Shown piece by piece: positions 40,500 through 50,558 of a stretch of DNA of 64,000 bases. Source of the stretch: Candidatus Cloacimonadales bacterium (GTDB lineage: Bacteria; Cloacimonadota; Cloacimonadia; Cloacimonadales; JAIOQZ01); contig OY762463.1 of assembly GCA_963665815.1 (NCBI GenBank), positions 2,880,001-2,944,000 of the forward strand, read 5' to 3'. Below the pieces are notes generated by a model, which saw nothing but the letters and a program-made list of their open reading frames with translations, was not told the origin of the DNA and did not search any database. Within the stretch, counting starts at the first letter, position 1, and each line of letters starts with the position of its first letter. Position numbers and translations under genes: made by a program.

Positions 40500-41586
40500 A
40501 GAATCAAAAAATAGACTTGTGATGTTTACTGTAATGCTGTTTGTTCTTCTTACAGCATGTAAGGGCGGACCTTCAAACAGGACTGCAAACAAGAATGAAG
40601 AGGCAAAAAGCATTCCGGTAATAGTAAAGAAAACCGAGCTCAAAGATCTCAAAGAATATATAAAAGTAACCGGCAAACTGGAAGGCATTACCGATATTGC
40701 ATTGATCAGCGAAACTGCCGGAAAGGTAATAGAAGTACATAAAACGCTGGGAGACTGGGTGGAAAAAGGTGAATCAATTGGTAGAGTTGATAATACAGAT
40801 TATCTGCTACAGTATAAGCAATCGGAAGCAAGTGTTTTGTCTTCAGAAGCCTCTTTATCAACTGCCCAGATGAATTTCGATGCTGTGAAAAATCTTCATG
40901 ATGCAGGAAATGCATCTGATTCTGAGCTGTTAACTGCAGAAAGTAATCTTAAGGGAGCTCAAGCGGGATTAAGCGGAGCAAAAGTTGCAATGGAAAAAGC
41001 AAGAAAAACTCTTGATAGTTCAAATCTTGTTGCTCCACGTTCAGGATATATCTCAAACATTGCTATTGAAGAAGGTGATTTACTCAATATAGGTTCAATG
41101 GTCTGCAATATTGTAAACACCAGAAAGCTGATTATAAGAACCGGTGTTGGAGAATCCAATATCACCAAGTTGAAAAGAGGTCAGGAAGTTCAAGTTTATC
41201 ATAAGCTGCTTGAAAAGAGTATTAAAGGTATAATAACTGGTAAAGGTATAAAACCTGAAGGACAAACTGCGAACTACCCTATAGAAATCACTCTGGAAAA
41301 TCCGGATAGAATTCTATATCCCGGTATGATTATAGAAGGCAAAATACTTTCGAAAATATACAAGGATGTAATTTATACTTCACTGAACAATATCAAAAAG
41401 CAGTACGATGATAATTTCGTGTTTACCATTTCTGCAGATAACAAAGCTGTAAGGAAAAAAGTTATTCTGGGAACACAGATAGAAGAAAATGTGATACTGA
41501 AAAGTGGAATTGGACCAGACGAAAATCTGGTAGTAGAAGGAATGGATAATCTTGAAGACAATGTTGCAGTTGAAATCAGGAAATAA
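40477..41586 (+). CDS. RND efflux periplasmic adaptor (MFP) lipoprotein
   Basis: LTAC lipobox; GKVIEV..LGDWVEKG lipoyl half; APRSG; LYPGM. Confidence 0.9.
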   Translation: MKFRILNKESKNRLVMFTVMLFVLLTACKGGPSNRTANKNEEAKSIPVIVKKTELKDLKEYIKVTGKLEGITDIALISETAGKVIEVHKTLGDWVEKGESIGRVDNTDYLLQYKQSEASVLSSEASLSTAQMNFDAVKNLHDAGNASDSELLTAESNLKGAQAGLSGAKVAMEKARKTLDSSNLVAPRSGYISNIAIEEGDLLNIGSMVCNIVNTRKLIIRTGVGESNITKLKRGQEVQVYHKLLEKSIKGIITGKGIKPEGQTANYPIEITLENPDRILYPGMIIEGKILSKIYKDVIYTSLNNIKKQYDDNFVFTISADNKAVRKKVILGTQIEENVILKSGIGPDENLVVEGMDNLEDNVAVEIRK

Positions 41587-41600
41587 GACAAGGAGCTGTT

Positions 41601-44600
41601 ATGTCTGTAGCAAAATTTTCTGTTAACAATTCTGCCTTGATAAATATCATAATGATTATGGTGTTTCTCTGGGGTATTTACCAGATGGCAGTTATGCCAA
41701 AGGAAGAAATGCCTGCTGTTGAATTTGGCATGATCTATATTGGTGTGGTCTATCCGGGTGTATCTCCAACAGAAATGGAGCAGTTTGTAGTAAATAAGAT
41801 AGAAGATGAAATATCAGATGTGGATGATATTGATTTCATAGATTCAGAAGCACAGGAAGGTCGATGTTCTATAATGGTTCAGTTCAAACCGGATGCGGAT
41901 ATTGAAAAAGGCTGGAATGACCTTAATGCTGAAATGGATAAGGTCAAAGATCTGCCTGAAGATGCCATGGATCCGATTATCATGCGTATCAACATGAGAG
42001 AAGTGAATGAAATGTGCGATATATCACTTGGTGGGGATTTTTCTGCAAATGCAATAAGAGAAATCGCAGAGAATATGAAAGACGGTATTCTGGACCTTAA
42101 AGATATTTCCAAGGTTGATATTTATGGAACTCAGGAAAGAGAAATCTGGGTTGAAGGAGATATTAATAAGCTGGAACAATATGGTCTTACTCTTGATGAT
42201 TTGTCTAATGCAATCAGAAACAGTAATATGAATGTTCCCGGTGGAAAAATAGATTTCGGAAGAGTGGAATTCATTTTAAGAACTATTGGTGAGTTTGATG
42301 ATACAGAAGATATCGAAGAGCTTATTATCAGAATGGACTCCCACGGCAGAAGCATCAAGGTAAAAGATGTTGCTGTTGTTAATGATACGTTGCAGGAACA
42401 GGATGTTATCAGTAAGCTGGATGGTCATAAAAGTGTCAGTCTTTTTGTTTATCAGGATGCTGATGGAAATATCATGTCTGTTATGAAAGATGTGAGAAAA
42501 TTTGTCGAAGAATTTAAAGAGACTGTCCCCGGGCTTCAAGCAACAATCCGTAATGACAGCTCAATCCCGGTAAAAAACAGTATTAATACACTTGGAACAA
42601 GTGCATTTCTGGGGATTATTCTTGTATTCATCATTCTTATGATTTTTATCGGTTGGAGAAACGCTATTTTTGCAGCTCTTGGGATACCTTTCAGTTTTCT
42701 CCTTACATTTATTCTCATGCGTCAATTTGATGTAACAATGAACAACCTGAGTTTGTTTGGTCTGGTTCTTGTTCTTGGGATGATTGTGGATGATGCTATT
42801 GTTGTACTCGAGAATGTTCATAGATATATGGAACAGGGATTATCACCCAAAGAAGCAGCGATTAAAGGTACTAATGAGATTATGTGGCCGGTGATTGCAG
42901 CAGTAACAACAACTATTGCCGCATTTACACCAATGCTGCTTATGCAGGGAATGATGGGGAAATTCATGCGTATTTTTCCTATTGTTGTGTCTCTGGCTCT
43001 TGCCGCATCCCTGTTTGAAAGTCTCGTAATCCTGCCATCACATATTGCTGAGTTTTCTAAACCATTGAAAAACAAAGCAAAAGAAGCATCCAGAATGATG
43101 AACTTCCTGATTTCAAGGTATCAGAGAGCATTGAAGTTCGCTTTAAGTCACAGATTCCTGACAATTTCTCTGGTGATACTGGCAATGTTCCTGTCATTAG
43201 GTTGTGTAGCAGCAAGATTAGTTAAATTTGAGTTCTTTCCTGCTCAGCAGCCTAAAACAGTGATTCTGCATCTGCAAACTCCTGTTGGAACTGACCTGGA
43301 TGAAACAAACAGAATAGTATCCAGTGTAGAAAACTACATTATGACAATGGAAGAACACACAGATGTTGAAGCAATTGTAACAACGGTCGGGCAGTATATT
43401 GAGCAGCATGACAGACAGGTTGCAACATCAAATGCGGAAATCAAAATTGATTTAAGAGAAGCTGATGAGCGAGAGTTTGGTTATGATCATATTAAAAATG
43501 TAATACGTGAATATGTAAGCAATCTTCCGGGTGTATACACATACAAGTTCTCGACTCAGAGAGGTGGTCCGCCAACAGGAGCAGATGTTGAACTGCGTAT
43601 TAAAGGTGATAACCTGAACAGACTGGACTATATATCTGATGTAATTAAAAATGAGCTTGAGAAAATACCCGGTGTTGTTGATATTGAGGACTCCTTCAAA
43701 CCTGGGAAAAAAGAAATTCAGCTTATTCCTGATCTGGAAAAACTTGGTATTTACGGATTAACCCTTGGTCAGGTTGCATCTGCTGTCAGAATTGCTTCTT
43801 ATGGTTCAACAGTTTCTGAATTCAGAGGTGATGGTCTGGATGAGTATGATATTGTTGTACGCCTTAAAGAATCACAGATGAATAATATTGAAGACTTGAA
43901 AAATCTGACCCTGAGAACACAATCCGGCAGTATAGTTGAACTGAGAGATATTGTTGAAATGAAACTGGAAAACAGCCTTTCATCAATAAAACACAGAGAT
44001 GGTGACAGAATTATCACAATTACTGCGTCTACATCTTTGTACGAATCAAACGGGATAATGACAAAACGTACACCTGATGAAGTAACATACATACTTAAAG
44101 GTGGAAGTCAGAAAGGGCTTTTGCAAAGACTAATTAACTCTATTCTTAAACTGTTTGGAAAGGAAATTCAGGAGAAGAAGGGAATTCTCGAAAACTTTGG
44201 TGGTAGATTCCCCGGATACACAATGGAATATGGCGGTACTGCTGAAGAACAGGCAAAATCTTATGGTTCGTTGTATCTTGCATTCGGAATAGCGATTCTG
44301 CTGGTGTTTGCAATTCTGGCAACTCAGTTCAAGTCGTATATTCAACCTTTGATTGTGATGACTACAATACCTTTTGCATTCATCGGAGTTATATTCGGAC
44401 TTCTTGTAACGCGTCTGCCGTTCTCAATAAACACACTTGTAGCAATTGTAGCACTGGTTGGTGTTGTTGTTAATGATTCGCTTGTACTGGTTGATTTCGT
44501 GAACAGAGAACGTGAGCGAGGTATTAACAGATGGCAGTCACTTATTAATGGTGGATCAATCAGGCTCAGACCAATTATACTGACAACCATTACTACAATT

Positions 44601-44843
44601 ATAGGGCTTATGCCTATGATTATTGCTCCCGGTGATGCCGGTAGAGACTGGAGACCAATGGCAGTTGCAATTGCATTTGGTCTTGCTTTTGCCACAATAC
44701 TTACTCTGTTTGTAATTCCGGTAATCTACTCAATTGTTGACTCTATTGGTGGGAAAATGGGTATATCCAGATTCAAGAAGCACATGACATTCAAGGAAGC
44801 ACTTGAGTCAGGTGAAATCCAGTTAATGGAAAAGAAAAAATAA
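41601..44843 (+). CDS. RND efflux permease (AcrB/AcrD/AcrF family)
   Basis: GMIVDDAIVVLEN, GVVVNDSLVLV and RLRPIILT motifs; 1080 aa. Confidence 0.95.
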   Translation: MSVAKFSVNNSALINIIMIMVFLWGIYQMAVMPKEEMPAVEFGMIYIGVVYPGVSPTEMEQFVVNKIEDEISDVDDIDFIDSEAQEGRCSIMVQFKPDADIEKGWNDLNAEMDKVKDLPEDAMDPIIMRINMREVNEMCDISLGGDFSANAIREIAENMKDGILDLKDISKVDIYGTQEREIWVEGDINKLEQYGLTLDDLSNAIRNSNMNVPGGKIDFGRVEFILRTIGEFDDTEDIEELIIRMDSHGRSIKVKDVAVVNDTLQEQDVISKLDGHKSVSLFVYQDADGNIMSVMKDVRKFVEEFKETVPGLQATIRNDSSIPVKNSINTLGTSAFLGIILVFIILMIFIGWRNAIFAALGIPFSFLLTFILMRQFDVTMNNLSLFGLVLVLGMIVDDAIVVLENVHRYMEQGLSPKEAAIKGTNEIMWPVIAAVTTTIAAFTPMLLMQGMMGKFMRIFPIVVSLALAASLFESLVILPSHIAEFSKPLKNKAKEASRMMNFLISRYQRALKFALSHRFLTISLVILAMFLSLGCVAARLVKFEFFPAQQPKTVILHLQTPVGTDLDETNRIVSSVENYIMTMEEHTDVEAIVTTVGQYIEQHDRQVATSNAEIKIDLREADEREFGYDHIKNVIREYVSNLPGVYTYKFSTQRGGPPTGADVELRIKGDNLNRLDYISDVIKNELEKIPGVVDIEDSFKPGKKEIQLIPDLEKLGIYGLTLGQVASAVRIASYGSTVSEFRGDGLDEYDIVVRLKESQMNNIEDLKNLTLRTQSGSIVELRDIVEMKLENSLSSIKHRDGDRIITITASTSLYESNGIMTKRTPDEVTYILKGGSQKGLLQRLINSILKLFGKEIQEKKGILENFGGRFPGYTMEYGGTAEEQAKSYGSLYLAFGIAILLVFAILATQFKSYIQPLIVMTTIPFAFIGVIFGLLVTRLPFSINTLVAIVALVGVVVNDSLVLVDFVNRERERGINRWQSLINGGSIRLRPIILTTITTIIGLMPMIIAPGDAGRDWRPMAVAIAFGLAFATILTLFVIPVIYSIVDSIGGKMGISRFKKHMTFKEALESGEIQLMEKKK

Positions 44844-44863
44844 AAGATTAATCAATATTAATG

Positions 44864-44895
44864 AGCCTGTCGGGAATTTTCTGACGGGCTTTTTT
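44864..44895 (+). terminator. Intrinsic terminator after the RND operon
   Basis: agcctgtcgg/ctgacgggct stem plus T tract. Confidence 0.75.
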
Positions 44896-45111
44896 CTTTG
44901 AAAACACAGAATGCACGGAATAGGGAAATATAATTTTTAGTCAGAACTTGTCCGGCATATTTACTACTTAGTCGGAAACCACCCTACCCATCGGGCACGA
45001 CTCCATGGGATTTGAATTTTATCGATGTTTCATATCTCTATAGCATTTCTGCCGATCGCGTAGAGGTAACCGGACGATTGACTCAGATCAGCATAGTGAG
45101 ACAACTTATAT

Positions 45112-45151
45112 TTATGTAAATACGGAATTATATTCCTGATTTGCATAAAAT
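45112..45151 (+). repeat. 40-bp palindromic direct repeat, left copy
   Basis: ttatgtaaatacggaattatattcctgatttgcataaaat; 39/40 identical to 46380-46419. Confidence 0.92.
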
Positions 45152-45216
45152 AATTGACAAGTTTATCTGTATCTGCAATGATGATACATGTTTCACACGT
45201 ACAAAGAGGTAATAAA

Positions 45217-46377
45217 ATGTATAAGAAAAGAGATCTGCAAGATCATATTATAAAGGCTCTTGAGTACTTTCCTGTTGTTACCATTACAGGTCCGAGGCAA
45301 TCAGGGAAGACAACTTTTTGTCGTAAGAATTTCCCTGATTACAAATACGTCTCTTTGGAAGATCCGGATACCAGAGAATTTGCTCGAGAAGATCCTCGAG
45401 GGTTTTTAAAGCAATATCCTGACCGAACCATTATTGATGAGTTCCAGAATGTTCCCGAGCTAACTTCATATCTGCAAGGGCACATCGACGATGTTAATGA
45501 TACAGGTATGTATATTTTGACCGGATCAAACCAGTATTTAATGATGGAGAATGTGTCACAATCACTTGCAGGAAGAACTCAGATAATCAGATTATTGCCA
45601 TTTTCTTACAATGAAATACATAAAGACAGCGAAATCAGCCTGGAGCAGGTCCTGCATAAAGGGGGATATCCTCGTATATTTGAAAAGAATATTCCACCGG
45701 CTGATTTCTATTCATCCTACTTCGATACATATTTGCAGAAAGATCTTCGAAATGTACTGAAGGTTATGGATTTGAATCTTTTTCAGCGTTTTGTGACTTT
45801 GTGTGCTGCCCGTACTGCTCAAATAGTCAACCTGAGTTCCTTTTCCAATGAACTTGGCATTGACTCTAAAACTGTTAAGCGTTGGATTTCCATACTGGAG
45901 TCAGGTTATATTGTTAAACTGGTAAGTCCATATTACAAAAACTTCAACAAACGAGTTGTCAAATCTCCCAAGATGTATTTTCTGGATGTTGGACTTGCAT
46001 CCTATTTACTGGGAGTTAAAGAATCAGATCAGCTTATGAATCACCCGTTAAATGGCGAATTGTTTGAAACTTTCATTTTTTCTGAATTACAGAAACAAAT
46101 TATGCATGGGAATATGAAAGCAAACCTGTATTTCTACAGAGATAGTAACGGAAAAGAAATTGATTTTGTTATTGAGTCCGGCATGCAAACCAGACTTGTA
46201 GAAGTGAAGCTTACATCCACACCGTCTAAAGTTAATTTCAAGAATCTGATTTCGCTTCGAGAACAATTTGGTGCAAACTCGTATTCATACTTGTGCTATG
46301 GTGGCGACTTAAAGCAGACAATGTATGATACAGAGCTGGTAAGTTTCAGGAATTCCGGTTCAATTTTAACGAAGTAA
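45217..46377 (+). CDS. AAA+ ATP-binding protein (AAA_14 plus DUF4143-type, nuclease-like C-terminus)
   Basis: GPRQSGKTT, IIDEFQ, LTGS, SLAGR, GGYP, KSPKMYFLD.G and EIDFV...EVK motifs. ATG 45217 follows gagg; TTGACA at 45154. Confidence 0.9.
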   Translation: MYKKRDLQDHIIKALEYFPVVTITGPRQSGKTTFCRKNFPDYKYVSLEDPDTREFAREDPRGFLKQYPDRTIIDEFQNVPELTSYLQGHIDDVNDTGMYILTGSNQYLMMENVSQSLAGRTQIIRLLPFSYNEIHKDSEISLEQVLHKGGYPRIFEKNIPPADFYSSYFDTYLQKDLRNVLKVMDLNLFQRFVTLCAARTAQIVNLSSFSNELGIDSKTVKRWISILESGYIVKLVSPYYKNFNKRVVKSPKMYFLDVGLASYLLGVKESDQLMNHPLNGELFETFIFSELQKQIMHGNMKANLYFYRDSNGKEIDFVIESGMQTRLVEVKLTSTPSKVNFKNLISLREQFGANSYSYLCYGGDLKQTMYDTELVSFRNSGSILTK

Positions 46378-46379
46378 AA

Positions 46380-46419
46380 TTATGTAAATACGGAATTAGA
46401 TTCCTGATTTGCATAAAAT
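46380..46419 (+). repeat. 40-bp palindromic direct repeat, right copy
   Basis: ttatgtaaatacggaattagattcctgatttgcataaaat, starting 2 nt after the ATPase stop codon. Confidence 0.92.
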
Positions 46420-46439
46420 TACCCTGTCTCGTAAACTCG

Positions 46440-46513
46440 ACATCTACCCGTAGATGTTTCCGCAGGAATACATCCAGAATTGACGTAGATGTTTCTGAAA
46501 GAATACATCCAGA
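46440..46513. repeat. GTAG-type REP-like cluster
   Basis: acatctac-cc-gtagatgt inverted pair, then two units 35 bp apart of cGTAGATGTTTC-n5-GAATACATCcaga (46449-46478, 46484-46513), each a hairpin. Confidence 0.6.
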
Positions 46514-46645
46514 TTCAGGCTGATGTTTTTTGGCAAAAACATCAAGGGAGAACATTGTAAGTGCAGAACTTTTTGATTACTGAGAGGTTCTGACAACTTT
46601 AAATACATGTATTGTAATGATGTTCAGATAGTGTTTGATAAAAGA

Positions 46646-47425
46646 TCAATCCCATTGATCCACAAATACTACAACACCTTTTTTTATAAAGAATTGGGTG
46701 AGTATTTCTGTGAACTCATCACTGCTTTTATCTTGTTTAGACTCAAGTATTTTCTCAATTTCATCTCTGAACTCAGCATCATCAATTTTATTGAACTTGA
46801 TCTTATGATTATAATAGAGCTCGCCCAAGACTATTAAATGGTCTAAAGATAATTTTCCTGAGTTTACAAGTAAAATATCTGCACATTCCAGATTGATAAC
46901 AGCAATGTTCTTTGTTTCCCTTTTCAACAGCATAGTAATAGCTTCTTTTGAAAGTTTTCTTATTCCAGAGCAATCTCCAAGACTATGTCCATACTTTCTA
47001 ACAAAAATGGACTTATATTTATCTGAATCCAGTTTTTTAATATCAGAAAAAGATGAAAAGAACAGTTCTGAACTAAAAGCATGAGGACTGTCTTTTGCTA
47101 TTGTTAACTCCTTACTGCCATTGAAATAGAAATTATAACATGGTACTTGTTTTAGATTATCAATTTTATATACTTTTGTGGTGTATTCTCGTTTTACACT
47201 GAATTCATCCTTTATAAGATAGCTCAGCAGGTTTGTTGAAGAGTTCAACTTTCCCAGCTTACCAATACTCATTCTATCAGACCATGTCAGTGATATGAAA
47301 GCTGTGTCAGCAACATTATCTTTAGTAATAAGTTCAACTTCTGCTACAATCATTCCTGGGGCATCAGCAGTAAGATAACATATTGGTACAATTATAAACA
47401 ACATTACTATTACTGCAAGTCTCAT
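46646..47425 (-). CDS. Hypothetical exported protein
   Basis: SD aggagg; N-terminal signal/TM segment; no recognised motif. Confidence 0.55.
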   Translation of the reverse strand: MRLAVIVMLFIIVPICYLTADAPGMIVAEVELITKDNVADTAFISLTWSDRMSIGKLGKLNSSTNLLSYLIKDEFSVKREYTTKVYKIDNLKQVPCYNFYFNGSKELTIAKDSPHAFSSELFFSSFSDIKKLDSDKYKSIFVRKYGHSLGDCSGIRKLSKEAITMLLKRETKNIAVINLECADILLVNSGKLSLDHLIVLGELYYNHKIKFNKIDDAEFRDEIEKILESKQDKSSDEFTEILTQFFIKKGVVVFVDQWD

Positions 47426-47578
47426 AATTCCTCCTTTTCTTTAGGAAAAATGTATGTGATAATAAAGCTAGGAAGCAAATTTTATTGATCATATTTTCTC
47501 CTATTTGTAGCAACTTAGGTTAGTTATATAATACTAGTCAAGTAATTTAGTTATGCTCCTTTACAAAATGTTAAGCTT

Positions 47579-48106
47579 CTACCTATACCTATCCTCTTCA
47601 CTATAAATACACCCGCAATACTGCTGGCGGTACATTCCCAACCGTTTCGATTCCTCTATCCCGAATTTCCAGTGCTCCCTGAAATCCTTATACAGGAACT
47701 TCACTCCGACTTCCTTTGCTGCTGCTTCTCCAATACTCCTGATAAGCTCGTGCTTCTGGAATTTACTGTAAAGCAGGGTTGTCGTAAAGTAGTCAAACTT
47801 GCCTTTTCTGGCAATATGCGCAGCAGCTTTAAGTCTTACATAGTAGCAGTAACTGCATCTCTGGGACTCTCTGTAGACAACGTTTCTCAGGAATTCACCT
47901 ATATCATACTCGTCCTGCCAGATCACCCTGATATCATTCTGTTCGGTAAACTCTAGGAACGTCTCTTTTCTTCTGTTGTATTCTGTCAGAGGGTGGATGT
48001 TGGGATTATACCAGAACCCGAAAACCTCGTAACCTTCTTCCTTAAGGGCTGTATGCGGACCTATCATGCAGGGGCCGCAGCATGTATGCAATAATACTCT
48101 TTTCAT
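47579..48106 (-). CDS. queH: Epoxyqueuosine reductase QueH
   Basis: LLHTCCGPC, YNPNIHP..EY.RR, RCSYCY..RL and YRQQYCGCIYS motifs. Confidence 0.92.
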   Translation of the reverse strand: MKRVLLHTCCGPCMIGPHTALKEEGYEVFGFWYNPNIHPLTEYNRRKETFLEFTEQNDIRVIWQDEYDIGEFLRNVVYRESQRCSYCYYVRLKAAAHIARKGKFDYFTTTLLYSKFQKHELIRSIGEAAAKEVGVKFLYKDFREHWKFGIEESKRLGMYRQQYCGCIYSEEDRYR

Positions 48107-49008
48107 TATCCCTTCAATATTTCGTCTGTGGTTTTAAAATGCAGTTTACCGATCTTCTCAAGCTCTTTTCCTGAGTGTTTACTTACAAATTGTTTACCTA
48201 ATTTGATAATGTCTGCTCCTGCTCCCGATTTCAATTCGATGTCATATTTACGGGATAGATGTTTAAGGACTTTCAGGTAATTGTATCTGGCAACAATTGA
48301 GGCCGCCGCAACAGCAATATCACGTTCGCCTTTGGTTGCAGCTCTCAGCGGGATGTTCTTCAGTTCTTTCAGACCTGATGAGATTGTATTCATGTTACTG
48401 AACTTATCGAGAAAGGCACCGTCGAATTGTCTTCTTTTTGCCAGATTGACAATCGCTCTGGCGTGCATCCACGCAAGCAGTTCATTGAGCTTTTTGCCCT
48501 GCTGAGTAAAACGGGCATATAATTCATTGTATTTTTCAGGAGTGAGAATCATAACTTCATAAGAACCACGCAGCTTGGTGGCTATAGCGCTGTTCATCTT
48601 TTCCAGAGCATCAAAGCTTTTGACTGTTTTAGAATCTCTGACTTTAATAGCAGCTAGTTGTTTTTTTACATAATCATCGCAATAAAAGGCACATACTACG
48701 AGCGGCCCGAAATAATCACCTTTTCCAGCTTCGTCAGATCCTGACCACTTTTTCCAGTCATGCAGTTTTTCTTCGGATATCGGTCCGGAAATAACAGTCT
48801 GAAGCTGTTTTTTCAGAAGGGAATCTTTCCCCTGAATAACGTATTTCGTGCCTTTTTTCTCTGTATGGTATATATTGATTTTGCAAGTGTATTCAGCCTT
48901 GGAAAGTGTAAGACTGATCCCGTAAGGAATTTCCTTTTCATCGGAAACCATAATCCCCAACTGATTGATCTTTTTAACAAATTCTGCAGTAATTTCCAGT
49001 ATCTTCAT
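48106..49008 (-). CDS. rnhC: Ribonuclease HIII
   Basis: GSDEAGKGDYFGPLVV, DSK, AVAAASIVAR and KLHFKT motifs; likely start ATG 49008. Confidence 0.9.
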   Translation of the reverse strand: MKILEITAEFVKKINQLGIMVSDEKEIPYGISLTLSKAEYTCKINIYHTEKKGTKYVIQGKDSLLKKQLQTVISGPISEEKLHDWKKWSGSDEAGKGDYFGPLVVCAFYCDDYVKKQLAAIKVRDSKTVKSFDALEKMNSAIATKLRGSYEVMILTPEKYNELYARFTQQGKKLNELLAWMHARAIVNLAKRRQFDGAFLDKFSNMNTISSGLKELKNIPLRAATKGERDIAVAAASIVARYNYLKVLKHLSRKYDIELKSGAGADIIKLGKQFVSKHSGKELEKIGKLHFKTTDEILKG

Positions 49009-49290
49009 GTTTATTCCGTTTTGAGAGATAATTGCTCTCATCAGTTTAGTATGATCATTAAAATATGTCATGTAATAAATGACAAACAATTTCTACAATA
49101 AATTGTAAATTTTCTGATATTGTTAAGGATTATCTGAAATAAAAAGGATGATTTACAGTTTTAATCATATATACTCAGAGAAAAGACAAAACAGGAATAA
49201 TATATTTAATTATATAAATAAATAAACATCATTTGACAAACAAACTCAATTTCGTAGTTTGTAAACTGCAATAATTTTGGAGAAATATTA

Positions 49291-50535
49291 ATGACGAGAA
49301 CTAAATACGTATTCATGGCAATGCTTATAGCAGCATTCGCATTCTCAGGCAGTCTTTTTGCTAATTCAATATTCGCATCAAGTGACGGAACTGAATATCC
49401 CGAAAGATTTTACGGTTACGATTCCTATTCGGCAGGTATGGGTTATACCGGAGCAGGCGACCTTTTCAGAATCAATAATTACACTGCTAATCCTGCATTA
49501 ATGACAACCAGCAGCAATGTGAATTTTTCTGCCTCAATAAAACTTGGTTATAACACTTATAAACAGGATATTAACAACCAAAGCGAATCTTACAGAGATG
49601 ACGGACTTATTTTATCTCAGTTCAGTTTTGCTTTTCCGTACAATAATAACAGATTTGGCGCTAATATTCAGGCTTTTTCCTCAGGAAACTTTGAAAATGA
49701 AGTCAAGGGTATAGTAATTGATGAAGATAATGAGTATGATCTTAAAAACAGCATTACAAGAAACATGTATCAGTTTAATCTGAATTACGCTTACAAGCTT
49801 GATAAACTCAGTCTTGGAGCATCCGTGAACTATCTACTCGGAAGTAACAATCTTGAAATGTCTCACGACCACGATTCATATATCGATACATACTATATGG
49901 ATATTCGCAGATATAACGGAGCAGCATATACTATTGGGGCAACCTATGATTTTACTAAATATTCAGCAGGTATTTCTTATAGAACAAAAGCTGATCTTTC
50001 CGGCAAAAGAGAACTGGAAACTGTTGTACATGATGATGATAACAGAATCAGTCTGAGCACAGATGATATGGAAATTGCCGACGAATTATGTCTGGGCTTT
50101 GCTGCAAAAATCAAAGATGAGTTCAAAATGACTTTCGATACTCACTTTGAAAGATGGTCAGAGATTTCCGATGATTATAATGATTCTTACATGGTTGGAT
50201 TTGGTGCGTCATACGACCCATACAAAAAGAAAGATAACTTTTTCCTGAAAATACCTGTCAGAGCAGGATACAGTCTCCGTAAACTACAGTATAAGATGAA
50301 TAATGAAGATATTATGGAACATACTTTGACAATGGGTATCAGTCTGCCAATTAAATCTACAAAGCAGGCGATTACATTTTCTGTTGAATTGATGAAGCGT
50401 GGAGATAAATCAAAACATGGAATCGAAGATAACGGTATCATGTTTACAATCGGTTCACAGGGATTTGATGTATTCAGTAGAAGAAAGAACAAAACCGGGC
50501 ATAGAGATATTCCAAAGCCTGATTCAAATTATTAG
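49291..50535 (+). CDS. Outer-membrane beta-barrel, FadL/OmpP1/PorV-like
   Basis: Signal peptide; GMG-x-x-G...NPA hatch motif; amphipathic strands. Confidence 0.65.
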   Translation: MTRTKYVFMAMLIAAFAFSGSLFANSIFASSDGTEYPERFYGYDSYSAGMGYTGAGDLFRINNYTANPALMTTSSNVNFSASIKLGYNTYKQDINNQSESYRDDGLILSQFSFAFPYNNNRFGANIQAFSSGNFENEVKGIVIDEDNEYDLKNSITRNMYQFNLNYAYKLDKLSLGASVNYLLGSNNLEMSHDHDSYIDTYYMDIRRYNGAAYTIGATYDFTKYSAGISYRTKADLSGKRELETVVHDDDNRISLSTDDMEIADELCLGFAAKIKDEFKMTFDTHFERWSEISDDYNDSYMVGFGASYDPYKKKDNFFLKIPVRAGYSLRKLQYKMNNEDIMEHTLTMGISLPIKSTKQAITFSVELMKRGDKSKHGIEDNGIMFTIGSQGFDVFSRRKNKTGHRDIPKPDSNY

Positions 50536-50558
50536 ATAATAAATTTTAAAGAGGGTCT

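Noticed and set aside
45095-45165. XerC/D dif-like site (TTATGTAAAT resembles the XerD arm, ATTTGCATAA the XerC arm)
   Set aside because: The arms face outward and are about 17 bp apart rather than flanking a 6-bp core; the flanks give no convincing partner arm.
46440-46513. Possible mini-CRISPR array
   Set aside because: Only two units with about 5 nt between them, no 30-40 nt unique spacers and no cas genes in the window.
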